64,000 nucleotides of DNA from an uncultured delta proteobacterium (GCA_963778655.1 CAVZVA010000010.1:1152001-1216000); one strand, 5' to 3'. Positions 9,090 to 22,051 are shown, numbered from the stretch's first letter. The notes: generated from the letters alone by a model not told the origin. Program-made: numbers and translations.

Positions 9090-9734
9090 ATGAAGATCTT
9101 TATCGATTCGGCCGACATCGGCGAGATCCGCGAGGCGGCCGCCATGGGCGTGATCGACGGCGTGACCACCAACCCCAGCCTGGTGGCCAAGACCGGCCGC
9201 AGCCTGGAGGCGGTGGTGCGCGATATCTGCGAGGTCGTCGATGGCCCGATCAGCGCCGAAGTCCTGGCCACCGACACCGACGGCATTCTGGCCGAGGGCC
9301 GCAAGCTCGCTGCGATGCACCGCAACGTGGTGGTCAAGGTGCCGCTGATCGCCGCGGGCATCAAGGCGGTGCGCGTGCTCCACCAGGAGGGCATCAAGAC
9401 CAACGTCACGCTGTGCTTCAGCGCGCCCCAAGGCATGCTCGCGGCCAAGGCGGGCGCCAGCTACATCAGCCCGTTTCTCGGCCGCATCGACGACGCCGGC
9501 GGCGACGGCGTGGAGCTGGTGCAACAGTTGGTCACGATCTATCGCAACTACGGCCTGACGACGCAGGTGCTCGCCGCCAGCATCCGTCATCCGCTGCACC
9601 TGGTGCGCTGCGCACAGATCGGGGCGCACGTGGCGACCATCCCGCATTCGGTCATCCTGCAGCTGCTCAAGCACCCGCTGACCGACGTGGGCCTGGCGCG
9701 TTTCCTCCAGGACGCCAAGAAGACGCCGAGCTGA
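9090..9734 (+). CDS. tal: Transaldolase / fructose-6-phosphate aldolase family
   Basis: [13 protein letters not shown] (Schiff-base Lys), NVTLCFS, SPFLGR; AGGAGG RBS. Confidence 0.95.
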   Translation: MKIFIDSADIGEIREAAAMGVIDGVTTNPSLVAKTGRSLEAVVRDICEVVDGPISAEVLATDTDGILAEGRKLAAMHRNVVVKVPLIAAGIKAVRVLHQEGIKTNVTLCFSAPQGMLAAKAGASYISPFLGRIDDAGGDGVELVQQLVTIYRNYGLTTQVLAASIRHPLHLVRCAQIGAHVATIPHSVILQLLKHPLTDVGLARFLQDAKKTPS

Positions 9735-9825
9735 GCGCTGCCTCACGTGGACCCGGTCGGGTGCTCGGGAGGCCGCGCCGGCGGGCGCCGCGTGGTTTCG
9801 AGACCCGCACAGGTGATCAACTCCG

Positions 9826-10725
9826 ATGGCTGCTGCGCCGCGCGTCCTGGTCGTCTACAAGAAGTCCGCCTATCAGATCTACGTGCGCGAGCGGCGGCAC
9901 GCGCGGGTCTCGTCGCTGCTGCGAGCGGCGGACCCGGCGGTCGCCGGCTTGATGCGCGCACACAAGGCCCACGTGCAGACGCTGCGCGAAGCGCGCCGGG
10001 CGCTGCGCGCACTGGGGGCGCGGGCCACCTTTCGCCACCGCAGCAGCCACGGCGCCGCCGACGCCTTCGATCTGGTGGTCACGCTGGGCGGCGATGGGAC
10101 GCTGCTGTGGGCCTCGCAGAGCATCGGCCCAAATTGCCCCGTGCTCGCGATCAACAGCGCCCCCATGGACAGCGTGGGCTATTTTTGCGCAGCCACCAGT
10201 GAGCAGCTGCACCCGGCGCTGCGCGACGCGCTCGCCGGCAAGCTGCGCCAGACCCGGCTCACCCGCATGCGCGTCGAGCTCGACGGCGAGCCCTGCTCCA
10301 ACCGCGTGCTCAATGATGCGCTGTTCAGCCACATGAGCCCGGCCGCGACCACCCGCTATCAGATCCGCTTCCGCGGCCGCGAGGAGACGCACCGCTCGAG
10401 CGGCGTCTGGGTTTCCACGGCGGCCGGGTCCAGCGCGGCGATCCGCTCGGCCGGCGGACAGCTGCAGCCGATCGCCTCGCCGCGCCTGCAGTACGTGGTG
10501 CGCGAGCCGTACCTGCTCGCGGACCGGTCCTACCGCCTGCTCAAGGGGCTGATCGCGCCCGCCGAGCGACTCGAGGTCCAGAGCCACATGCGCGCCGGCC
10601 GGCTCTACCTCGACGGCCCCCACATCCACCGCCCGGTCGAGATCGGCTCGCGGCTGCTGTTCATGCGCTCGAACGAGCCGTTGCTGCTGCTCGGGTTCCG
10701 CCGGCGGGAGGCGGAGCGTTCTTGA
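9826..10725 (+). CDS. nadK: NAD(H) kinase
   Basis: GGDG, LND and STAAGSSA..SAGG motifs. Confidence 0.9.
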   Translation: MAAAPRVLVVYKKSAYQIYVRERRHARVSSLLRAADPAVAGLMRAHKAHVQTLREARRALRALGARATFRHRSSHGAADAFDLVVTLGGDGTLLWASQSIGPNCPVLAINSAPMDSVGYFCAATSEQLHPALRDALAGKLRQTRLTRMRVELDGEPCSNRVLNDALFSHMSPAATTRYQIRFRGREETHRSSGVWVSTAAGSSAAIRSAGGQLQPIASPRLQYVVREPYLLADRSYRLLKGLIAPAERLEVQSHMRAGRLYLDGPHIHRPVEIGSRLLFMRSNEPLLLLGFRRREAERS

Positions 10726-10785
10726 CCCGCGTGGCGGACGTGTGCTGCGATCGCCGGCGTCCGCTGTCCACCACTCGATCGATCG

Positions 10786-11391
10786 ATGCTCGCCCGCGTG
10801 CATTCGCTGCTCGGCGTCGTGCCTTTGGGCGCCTTCCTGGTGCTCCACCTCTACGACAACTGGCCGGCGCTCAGCGGTCGCGAGCCCTGGGTCGATCGCC
10901 GGCTGCACGTGATGGCGCGCTCCTGGGCGGTCGCGCTGGTGCTGGTCCCGCTGGGCCTGCACGCGCTGCTGGGGGCCGTGCGCTTCGCACGCGCGCGCCG
11001 TGACCCGCGGCCTGACCCGGGTGCCGGCCTGGGCAAGCTGCAGGCCGCGACCGGAGCGCTGGTTCTGGGCTTCGTGATCTACCACGTGGTGCAGGTGTGG
11101 TCGGTGGACGCCGGTCCCGAAAACGGCCCGCGCGCCGTCTACGCGCTGCTGTGGCAGGGGCTCGGCACCCCGCTGGGGCTCGGCATCTACCTCGGGGGCG
11201 TGACGCTGGTCTGTTTTCACCTCGGGCTCGGCCTGTCGCGCGCTCCGCGCCAGCTCGGGTGGCGGCCGGGCCCGCGCGGCGCGGGCTACACCCGTCTGGC
11301 TGCCGGCGCGCTCGGCTTCGTGCTGTGGGCGATGTGGCTACAGCTGCTCGCCCATTTTGCGCTCGGCCAACCCCTGCTCAGCGGCGGTTGA
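10786..11391 (+). CDS. Succinate dehydrogenase cytochrome b558 (SdhC)-like membrane protein, orphan
   Basis: RVHSLLGVVPLGAFLVLHL start; 5 TM with His in successive helices. Confidence 0.7.
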   Translation: MLARVHSLLGVVPLGAFLVLHLYDNWPALSGREPWVDRRLHVMARSWAVALVLVPLGLHALLGAVRFARARRDPRPDPGAGLGKLQAATGALVLGFVIYHVVQVWSVDAGPENGPRAVYALLWQGLGTPLGLGIYLGGVTLVCFHLGLGLSRAPRQLGWRPGPRGAGYTRLAAGALGFVLWAMWLQLLAHFALGQPLLSGG

Positions 11392-11448
11392 TCGCCTTGA
11401 TGATCTGACCGAGCACTGGCGGCCGGCTCTTGGTGTACAATCGCGCGC

Positions 11449-12378
11449 ATGCGACCCATCGTCGCGGTGGCGATCAACACCTTCCGCGAAGCCGTGCGCG
11501 ACCGCGTGCTCTACGGGGTGCTCGGGATCGCCACCTTCGTGCTGGTCTTCACTCTGGTCCTGGCCGAGGTCTCGCTCGACCAACAGCGACGCATCGTGCT
11601 CGACGTCGGACTGGCGTCGATCTCGCTGTTCTCGGTGGTGGCGTCGGTGTTTCTCGGCTCCTCGCTGCTGTACAAGGAGATCGAGCGCAAGACGTTGTAC
11701 GTGATCTTGCCCAAGCCGATCCGCCGTCACGAGTTCCTGCTGGGCAAGTACTTCGGCATCGCGCTCACGGTCTTCGTGTTCGTTGCGATTCAGGGCGCGG
11801 TGCAGCTGTGCGTTTCCTCCGTGCAGGCCGAGGCCAGCCCGCTGCTGGTCTCGGCGGTCGCGCTCGGCATGCCGGCCATGCTCGGGCTGCTGGTGTGGAA
11901 GGCGCCCGGCAGCACCGCGGTGGTGGTGCCCTGGTCGTGTCTGCTGTTCGCGGCGGCGGCAGGCGTCGCGTCGACCACCGATCTCAAGCTCGCCCCGGTG
12001 CTCGCGGCGCTGGCGCTCACCCTGGGAGAGGTGCTCATGCTGACCGCGGTGGCGGTGTTCTTCTCCTCCTTCTCCACGCCCTTCCTGACCGCGCTGTTCA
12101 CCTTTGGCGTGTGGATGGTCGGACGCAGCGCGGACGCGATGGCGACGATGAAGTCGCAGGACATCCCGGCGGTGGTCCAGCAGAGCCTCAAGCAGCTGGT
12201 CAAGGTCTGGCCCAACTTCGATCTGTTCGTGCCCGGCCGCCACACCCTCGAGGTGCAGCTTTCTTCGAGCGCTGGCCCCCTCAGCTACGTCGTCAACAAC
12301 CTCATCTATGCCGTCGCCTACTCGTTCATCCTGCTCGTGCTGGCGGCGTTCGTCTTCCAGCGGCGAGACTTTCTGTGA
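11449..12378 (+). CDS. ABC-2 type transporter permease (PilI-like)
   Basis: NTFREAVRDRVLY and EIERKTLYVILPKPIRRHEFLLGKY motifs; C-terminal FQRRDFL. Confidence 0.85.
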   Translation: MRPIVAVAINTFREAVRDRVLYGVLGIATFVLVFTLVLAEVSLDQQRRIVLDVGLASISLFSVVASVFLGSSLLYKEIERKTLYVILPKPIRRHEFLLGKYFGIALTVFVFVAIQGAVQLCVSSVQAEASPLLVSAVALGMPAMLGLLVWKAPGSTAVVVPWSCLLFAAAAGVASTTDLKLAPVLAALALTLGEVLMLTAVAVFFSSFSTPFLTALFTFGVWMVGRSADAMATMKSQDIPAVVQQSLKQLVKVWPNFDLFVPGRHTLEVQLSSSAGPLSYVVNNLIYAVAYSFILLVLAAFVFQRRDFL

Positions 12379-13037
12379 GCGGCCCGAGGCCTGCAGCCGT
12401 CCGCAGCCTGCTGCGCGGCGCGCTGGTCGCGGCGGTGCTGCTGGCCGCCTTCGCGCTGCGCGTCGTGACCTCGGCTGCCAGCGAGCTGCACGCCGGCGAC
12501 CGCTATCGCGCCCAGGGCGAAGTCGAGGCGGCCATCGTGCACTACAGGCGCGCCGCGCGCTGGTACGCGCCCGGCAGCCCCTATCATGTCGATGCCCTGC
12601 GCAAGCTGGGCGTGATTGCGGCCGACGCCGAGCAGCGCGGCGATGCCGAGCTCGCACTGTCGGCCTATCGCGCGATCCGCGCCGCAATCATGTCGACGCG
12701 CTCGTTCTACATTCCGGAGAAGGCGCGGCTGACGGCGGCCGACGAACGCATCGCGAGCCTGATGGCGGCCATGCCGCCGCCACCGATGGACGCCGGCAAA
12801 TCGCGCGAGCAGCTGCGGCGGGAGCACCTCGCGCTGCTTCAAGCGGACCCGGACCCGAGCTTGCTGTGGACCCTGGTACTGCTGTTCGGCTTCGGGCTAT
12901 GGGTGGCGTCGGCGTTCGCGTTCACGCTGCGCGCGATCGACGCCGAGGATCACTTCGTGCCGCGTGAGGCCTGGCGCTGGGGCGCGCTGATCGTGGTCGG
13001 CTTCGGCCTGTTCGTGCTCGGCATGTCGCTGGCGTAG
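12375..13037 (+). CDS. Hypothetical membrane protein with TPR-like periplasmic segment
   Basis: GTG overlapping the upstream stop; N-terminal TM, AIVHYRRAARWY helix, two C-terminal TMs (3' part of ORF 11430..13037). Confidence 0.75.
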   Translation: MSGPRPAAVRSLLRGALVAAVLLAAFALRVVTSAASELHAGDRYRAQGEVEAAIVHYRRAARWYAPGSPYHVDALRKLGVIAADAEQRGDAELALSAYRAIRAAIMSTRSFYIPEKARLTAADERIASLMAAMPPPPMDAGKSREQLRREHLALLQADPDPSLLWTLVLLFGFGLWVASAFAFTLRAIDAEDHFVPREAWRWGALIVVGFGLFVLGMSLA

Positions 13038-13070
13038 CTCTCGTTTAGAAAAGGCTCTTCCGAGGATTCA

Positions 13071-13133
13071 ACAGGAAGACGGGAAGGCGAGAAGAACAAA
13101 CACTCGGGGCTTCCCGTCTTCCCGTCTTCCTGT
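13071..13133. repeat. REP/MITE-like palindrome, 24-bp arms built from GGAAGACG octamers (copy 1)
   Basis: ACAGGAAGACGGGAAGGCGAGAAG-N15-CTTCCCGTCTTCCCGTCTTCCTGT; second copy at 22115. Confidence 0.85.
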
Positions 13134-13217
13134 GGCTCTCTTGGTCCCAGGGCGGCTGGATTTCTGGACGGGAAGTATCCTCTTGCCGCTCCGGCAGCGC
13201 TGGGCTACCACGCGCAC

Positions 13218-14475
<1,258 letters not shown>

Positions 14476-14483
<8 letters not shown>

Positions 14484-15156
14484 CGGGCGCGCTGCCGGCA
14501 AGGGCCGCGCCGCCGCGCGCCGCCGCGCGGCGGGCGAGGGCGCCACGCCTCCCCCGCTCGTGATCGCGGTGCCCAAGGGCCGCGTGCTCTCGGCGATCGC
14601 CACGCGCCTGGCACGCGCCGGCGTCGACGGCCGCGTGTTGCTGAGCGACGACCGCACGCTGGTGCGCGACGACCCGGGCGGCGGCGTGCGCTTCTTGCTG
14701 CTCAAGCCCGACGACGTGCCGACCTACGTCGAATTCGGCGCGGCCGACCTGGGCATCGTGGGACGCGACATCCTGCTCGAGCGTGAGTATGACTTGTACG
14801 CGCCGCTCGACCTGGGCATCGGACGCTGCCGCATGGTGGTCGCGGGCAAGCCCGGACACACCCCGATCGGCACCCCACGCGTGGCCACCAAGTTCGCCAA
14901 CGTCGCCCGCCGTCACTTCCTGTCCAAGGGGCAGCAGGTGGACGTCGTGTACGTGCAGGGCTCGGTCGAGCTGGCGCCGCTGACGGGCCTGGCCGATTTC
15001 ATCGTCGACCTGGTCGAGAGCGGCCGCACGCTGGCCGAGAATGGCCTGGTGGAGCTCGAGCTGGTCAGCGAGATCTCCTCGGTCGTGATCGCCAACCGCG
15101 TGGCGCTCAAGCTGCGGCGCGAGCCGATCAGACGCCTGTTGGCCGCGCTGCAGTGA
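14476..15156 (+). CDS. hisG: ATP phosphoribosyltransferase, short form
   Basis: [39 protein letters not shown]; no C-terminal regulatory domain. Confidence 0.95.
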
Positions 15157-15190
15157 GCCGGCGACGCGGGGCCATCGCGCCCTGCAATTT

Positions 15191-15284
15191 GTGGTCGTGG
15201 TCGTGATCGAATCCGGCGGCCGTACGGCCAGGGTCATGGCCCCGGCTGCAGCGATGGCGCGTACGACCACGACCACGACCACGA
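15191..15284. repeat. Inverted (GTGGTC)n/(GACCAC)n hexamer repeat between convergent genes
   Basis: GTGGTCGTGGTCGTG ... ACGACCACGACCACGACCACGA. Confidence 0.7.
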
Positions 15285-15315
15285 GCGAATCGGGGTCGCG
15301 CTGACCACGCCGGGG

Positions 15316-15708
15316 CTAGGAATGGGCGCGGGCTGTGCGGGCCGGCGCGGCGCCCAGGCGTAGCATCGGCTCCAGCTTGCGGAAGGTTTTGCGACCGATT
15401 CCCTTGACCCGCATGATGTCCTCGAGCCGCTTGAAGCCGCCCATGCGGGCGCGCAGATCGAGGATCGCCTGCGCGCGCGCCGGGCCGATGCCCGGGAGCT
15501 TGGTGAGCTCCAACAAGCTGGCGGTGTTCAGCTCCACGGGAGCCCTTGCAGCGGAGCTCGCCGGCGCCGCGGCCTGGGCGTGGCTCTTCGGCTTGGCCTG
15601 GGGCTGGGCAGCAGCCTGCGCGCGCGCGCCGAGCGCGGGAGCGAGCAACAACGATGCGAGCAGCGCCAGCATGACGGGTTTGCGCTTCGGGTGTGTGTGT
15701 GTGTTCAT
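15316..15708 (-). CDS. comEA: ComEA-family helix-hairpin-helix DNA-binding protein
   Basis: ELNTASLLELTKLPGIGPARA and VKGIG HhH motifs; signal peptide; AAGGAG RBS. Confidence 0.88.
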   Translation of the reverse strand: MNTHTHPKRKPVMLALLASLLLAPALGARAQAAAQPQAKPKSHAQAAAPASSAARAPVELNTASLLELTKLPGIGPARAQAILDLRARMGGFKRLEDIMRVKGIGRKTFRKLEPMLRLGAAPARTARAHS

Positions 15709-16019
15709 GAGCGGTTCTCCTTCGAGGGCTGCGGTGTGCAGCGCTGGCCAAGGCTGCATCCACCGTGCCGGTCCACCGAACGGGCGCGGGCGCGTGTTTG
15801 TGTCAGCTCCGCCGGCGGAAACCGCCGCCGCCGCCGGCGGGCCGCCGCCATCACGCGCTTGAGACCGCGCGCCGCACGTGGCAGCCTTGCTGCCCCAACG
15901 CTACCGTTCGTGGAGTCGGAAGGCACCTGACGCAAAGGAGCAGCGCGGCTCCCGGACAGCCGCAGGTCCGCTCCCGGCGAACGGGTGCTCGTCGCTCGCA
16001 GTCGCGCTCGAGGAACACG

Positions 16020-17498
<1,479 letters not shown>

Positions 17499-17749
17499 GT
17501 CTGCGCTGGCTTGGAGGGTGCCGACCGCGACGGGAGAGCCCGCTTCGTGCTCGTGCCCGCAGTCGTCCTCGTGGTCGTGCGCGATCACCGGCCACTCAGT
17601 TGGGGCTCGTGGGCGGGCGCGTTCGCGGCCTTCGTCCTCGAAAGACTCCTCGAAATACATCGAGGATTCCCGTGGTTTTTCTGCGGGCGCGCTCGCGATC
17701 GCACTCCGCCGACAAGCCGGCCGTGATCAGGTCATTTGTGCTCGAGTCC

Positions 17750-19417
17750 TTACAGCTTGTACGGGAATGCGATCTTGAACACCCGCGACGAGAACTTCGG
17801 GAACCGCGCCTTGCGCACGGCCTTGGCGATGCAGGAGCCGGCCGGTCCGGTCACGCCACTGACCTCGGCGTTGGTCACCCGTCCGGTGGCGCCCGCCACG
17901 TTGACCGTCACGATCGCGACTCCGCCCGAGCCGCTGCTGCAGGCCTGGACCGCAGACTGGACGCTGCTCATCGCGGAGCGCACCTGATCGCGGCTCGGCG
18001 TCTCGGGCAGGTCCGGCTTGGCCGCGGCGCTCTCGCTCTTGGCGGCGGTCTTGGACGAGGAGCCATTGAGCGCACCCTCGAGCAGGTCGTCGATGGTGCG
18101 CGGCCCGGTCGGCTTGGGCGGGGCCTTCTTCTCCGGCGCCGCAGGCGCGGGCGCTTCGCTGTGGCTTGCCTTCGCGCTGCTGCTCTCGCTGCTGTGCCGG
18201 TGGTGGTGCTCACTGCTGCTGCCGTGCGAGTCGTTCTTCTCCTCGGCGCTCGCCTCCTCGGCGGCGGCCTTCTTGGCCGCGAGCTCTCCTTCCGAAGGTG
18301 CGGGTGCTGGCGCTGCGGGCGCGGCCGCTGCCGTTTGGACCGGCGCGGCCGCCGGCGCCACCGGCTGCGGCACCACGCCGACCGCGGGCGGCACCGCCGC
18401 GCTCGCCGGGCCTCGCAGAATGTACGCGGCCAAGACGCCCGCCGTGCAGACCAGGCCCACGCCGGCGACGACCGCCCAGATGATCGTCTTCTTGTGCCCG
18501 TCGCTGTCGTCCGCCGCCGTCGTCAGCATGGGCGAGCCCAGCGTGCCGAACGCACCGCCGTGCGATCCCATCGAGAGCAGCTCGTCCTTGTGTGCGGAGG
18601 GCTCGCCACCCTCGCTGATGCCGGTGGTCGTGGCGAGCGCGCGAATATCGATCAAGCCCGAGCCCTCGCCGCTGGCGAAGCCCGCGCGCTCGCCGCCGGT
18701 CGCAGCAGCTGCTGGAGGGGGCGCGCCGGAGCTGCCCGAGCCGGTGGCCAGCGCTTGCAGGTTCTTGAGCGAGAACAGCACCGAGTTCTCGTTGCGTGCG
18801 CCGGTCATCGCGTGCTCCGTCGCCACACGCGGGCTGGGTGACGAAGCGACCACGCCGCGATCCTCGTAGCCGCCGAGCGCGGGTTGCGCCGCGCCGCGCG
18901 CGAACAGATCGGGCCCAGCAGCGGCCGCCGCGCCGCCGAACAACCCGGCGTCGCTCGGCGCCGCGTCGTCGGCAAACGGATCGGCACCCATCGAGGGCTG
19001 TCCGGTCAGTGTCTGGGTGGGGGGACGATAGGCGGGCGCGGCCTGTGCCGCGGCCTGGGCTTGGGGCTGGCCGGTGATCTGCGCGACGAGATCGGCCACG
19101 TCGCGCATAGGCGCCCAGTTGTCGAAACCTTCGGTCCAGACGTACGCGTCCCAGTCCACCGCGCCGCTGGTCAACATCTCGCCGAGTTGTCCCGGCGAGT
19201 ACGGTCCCGCCTGCTCGCCATCCACCACGACATGCCAGATCACGTCCTGCGCGGGCGTTGCAAAGGCGGCGGGCGCTTCGGCGACGGGTGCAGGTTGATC
19301 GCCGCGGACCACGATCACTTCGCTGCAACGCTTGCAGCGAATCTTGAACACTTTGCCGCTCACTCGCTCATCGGCGATCGAGTATTTGGCTCCGCAGCTC
19401 TCGCAAACGATCTTCAT
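17750..19417 (-). CDS. Zinc-ribbon/GYF/TM/TonB-C-like protein, GltJ (AgmX)-like gliding motility family
   Basis: CxxC..CxxC N-terminal ribbon, WHVVVDGEQAGPY GYF_2 domain, single TM, Pro-rich periplasmic linker, C-terminal CIAKAVRKARFP...FPY. Confidence 0.8.
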   Translation of the reverse strand: MKIVCESCGAKYSIADERVSGKVFKIRCKRCSEVIVVRGDQPAPVAEAPAAFATPAQDVIWHVVVDGEQAGPYSPGQLGEMLTSGAVDWDAYVWTEGFDNWAPMRDVADLVAQITGQPQAQAAAQAAPAYRPPTQTLTGQPSMGADPFADDAAPSDAGLFGGAAAAAGPDLFARGAAQPALGGYEDRGVVASSPSPRVATEHAMTGARNENSVLFSLKNLQALATGSGSSGAPPPAAAATGGERAGFASGEGSGLIDIRALATTTGISEGGEPSAHKDELLSMGSHGGAFGTLGSPMLTTAADDSDGHKKTIIWAVVAGVGLVCTAGVLAAYILRGPASAAVPPAVGVVPQPVAPAAAPVQTAAAAPAAPAPAPSEGELAAKKAAAEEASAEEKNDSHGSSSEHHHRHSSESSSAKASHSEAPAPAAPEKKAPPKPTGPRTIDDLLEGALNGSSSKTAAKSESAAAKPDLPETPSRDQVRSAMSSVQSAVQACSSGSGGVAIVTVNVAGATGRVTNAEVSGVTGPAGSCIAKAVRKARFPKFSSRVFKIAFPYKL

Positions 19418-19699
19418 CGGCTTGGTCCTCTGGTGCTGTCAGAGCCGCGCTCCGCGGGGCCCGGCCAAGGAACCCTGAAACTGCCCTGCAAGTAAGCGAA
19501 ATTGCTCGCTCGGCGCGTTTGCGTCAAGCCTTTCGCTCGATCTGAGGCCCCCAAAGTCATGGAGCTGGAAGGAAAGCGAGCAGGCCCTGCCGCATGTCAG
19601 GCCCGAGCCTACACGCGATTCGCGCGTCACGCGTAGGGATCGTACGCATGATGCGCAGGCGCAGGTGTATGGGCTCTGGTTCGCGGGTGCGTCGATCAT

Positions 19700-20953
19700 T
19701 CATTGAGGCGGCGAAAGCGCGCTGCCATCCACGCCGCAGAAGGCGTGGCTTTCAGGATACGTTGCGCCGCAGCTTGGACAACGCCGCACGCGCGCGCGCG
19801 CTTTCTTGTTAGACGCACGTGCCCGCGGGTTCGATCTACGGATCAAGAACAACCCAGCGGACGCCGCCGCCAGCAAGGCTGCGAGCGCGACCAACCAGCG
19901 CCGCGCGCTGCGCGGGTCTTCCGTGCTCACTGCGCGCGCGACCACGCGCGTGCTGGGCGTCGACGCGGGCGGCGGCGCGGCTGCCGGTTCCGGCGCGGCC
20001 TCCTCGCCGGTCAACGCTTCGGTCTGCATGCGGCTCGCGAGCAGGGCGGTCAAGCTCTCGGCGGAGACCACCACCGGCGCCTCGGCGCGCAAGCCGCCGT
20101 AGCTCGCGACAATCTTGAACGCGCCCTCCGATTCGGCCGAGCTGTCGCCGGCATGAAAGCAACCGCCTTGCAGCGAGGCCTTGATCCCCGGCCCATGCTC
20201 GAGCGACCAGACGATCGCCGCGTTCTCGAGCGTGCAACCGGCTGCATCGGCCACCCGCGGGTGGAAGCACACGTGCTGGCCGAGCTCGATCTGGGCGCGC
20301 CGCGGCCGCAGGCTCAGGTGCGCGGCCGCGCCCGGCTTGCATGCGGCTTGCTTCGCCGCCGGCGCTGACGCCGGTTTGGTGGCGGCGGCGGTGGGCTTGG
20401 CGGCGGCCGCGGTTGGCGCGGGAGCCGGTGCGGCGGCGGCGACGCGCTGCAGGGTCTGGGTGGTGGTGATGGTGGCGACGCAGGTCGACGCGTTGAGCTT
20501 CCAGTTGAAGTGGCTGACGTCCTGGTAGAGCAGTCGATCGGACGAGAGCGCCTTGAGCGTATAGGTGCCGGCTTCCTCACGCGGATCCTGGTCCGCCGTC
20601 TTGCAGCGCGTGACCCACTGCCCGTCGGTGTGGCTGCTCGAGACACGCCGCAGCATCGGGTTCGGGCTCCAGCACTGGTCGCTGTGCACGTCGCGTCCGC
20701 CCCCGTGAATGATCAACGCCTGCTGCTGTTGCTCGATGCGCACGGTGCCCCCGCCGCCCGAGTGGGTGGACTGGGGCTGCGGCCCGCAGTCCTTGCCCCA
20801 GCTCTCGACCGCGACCTCCATCGAGGTCGCTCCGGCCTGCCAGCTGCCGGCGAACGAGGCCGTGGCCGGCGCCTGGGCCGCGGCCGCCGCCGCCGAGAGC
20901 AGCGCGCCCACCATTACTGCGCGGCAGATCGGCTCACGCACGCGGGCTTTCAT
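19700..20953 (-). CDS. Exported single-pass membrane protein with C-terminal zinc ribbon
   Basis: Signal peptide, Cys-paired periplasmic domains, TM, CPSC...FCGVDG tail. Confidence 0.75.
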   Translation of the reverse strand: MKARVREPICRAVMVGALLSAAAAAAQAPATASFAGSWQAGATSMEVAVESWGKDCGPQPQSTHSGGGGTVRIEQQQQALIIHGGGRDVHSDQCWSPNPMLRRVSSSHTDGQWVTRCKTADQDPREEAGTYTLKALSSDRLLYQDVSHFNWKLNASTCVATITTTQTLQRVAAAAPAPAPTAAAAKPTAAATKPASAPAAKQAACKPGAAAHLSLRPRRAQIELGQHVCFHPRVADAAGCTLENAAIVWSLEHGPGIKASLQGGCFHAGDSSAESEGAFKIVASYGGLRAEAPVVVSAESLTALLASRMQTEALTGEEAAPEPAAAPPPASTPSTRVVARAVSTEDPRSARRWLVALAALLAAASAGLFLIRRSNPRARASNKKARARVRRCPSCGATYPESHAFCGVDGSALSPPQ

Positions 20954-21070
20954 CGAGTGCGAGATCGTGACTCAGGAAGCGGCCGCTGTCATCCTGCAAA
21001 TGGGGCCGAGCCGCCGCCGAGCGGGGGCTCGGGCTCGGCTCCGATCCGCAGAGCTCGGGGCGCGGCGGCG

Positions 21071-22051
21071 TCAGCCCGCGGCCTTGAGCGCCTTGACCTT
21101 CTGTGCCATCTCGGGGACGGCTTGAAACAGGTCGGCCACCAGGAAGTAGTCGGCGACCTGCGCGATCGGCGCCTCCTTGTCCTTGTTGATGGCCACGATC
21201 GTTTTGCTGCCCTTCATTCCGGCCAGGTGCTGGATCGCGCCGCTGATGCCGATTGCGACGTAAAGGCTGGGCGCGACCACCTTACCGGTCTGCCCGACCT
21301 GCAGATCACCTGGCACGTAGCCGGCGTCGACCGCGGCGCGCGAGGCGCCCATCGCCGCGCCCATGGCGTCGACCAGCGGCTCGAGCACGGTCTTGAAGTT
21401 CTCGCCGCTCTTGAGCGCGCGTCCCCCCGAGACCACGATCGCCGCCTCGGTCAGCTCCGGCCGGGCGCTCTTCTGGCTCTGCAGCGAGACGAACTCGACC
21501 TGCTGCGCCACCGCATCGCTCTGCGCCGCGACTTCCTCGATCGGGCTCGCGGCCGCAACCTCCGCGGCCGCCTCGAACTCGGACTGGCGCGCGGTCACCA
21601 CCTGCACGGGTGTATTGACCTGAACCGTCCCGAAGACGTTGCCCGCATACATCGGTCGCACGTAGCGGACCGCGCTGCCCTCGACTGCCGCGCGGCGGAT
21701 GTCGCTGACGTATCCGGCCCCTAGACGGGCGGCGACGCGCGGCATCAGATCCTTGCCGTAGGTGCTCGCGGTGGCCGTGAGCACGCCGTAGCCGCCCTTC
21801 TTGGCCACCTCGGCCACGGTCGGCGCGTACTTCTCCGCGAAGTAGCCGCCCGCGACCTCGGCCACCAGCACCTTGCGCGCGCCGTGCTTGGCGGCCTGCG
21901 CGGCCGCCTGCTTGGCGCCTTCGCCGATCGCGAGGATGTCGAACGCGCCGGAGGTGCCCTGCGCGATCTGCTTGGCCAGCGTGACCGCCGCCAGGGTGTT
22001 GCGCCGGAGCCCCTTGTCCATCAGCTCAGCAACCACCAACACATCCGTCAT
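21071..22051 (-). CDS. etfA: Electron transfer flavoprotein alpha subunit
   Basis: [33 protein letters not shown]. Confidence 0.97.
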   Translation of the reverse strand: MTDVLVVAELMDKGLRRNTLAAVTLAKQIAQGTSGAFDILAIGEGAKQAAAQAAKHGARKVLVAEVAGGYFAEKYAPTVAEVAKKGGYGVLTATASTYGKDLMPRVAARLGAGYVSDIRRAAVEGSAVRYVRPMYAGNVFGTVQVNTPVQVVTARQSEFEAAAEVAAASPIEEVAAQSDAVAQQVEFVSLQSQKSARPELTEAAIVVSGGRALKSGENFKTVLEPLVDAMGAAMGASRAAVDAGYVPGDLQVGQTGKVVAPSLYVAIGISGAIQHLAGMKGSKTIVAINKDKEAPIAQVADYFLVADLFQAVPEMAQKVKALKAAG

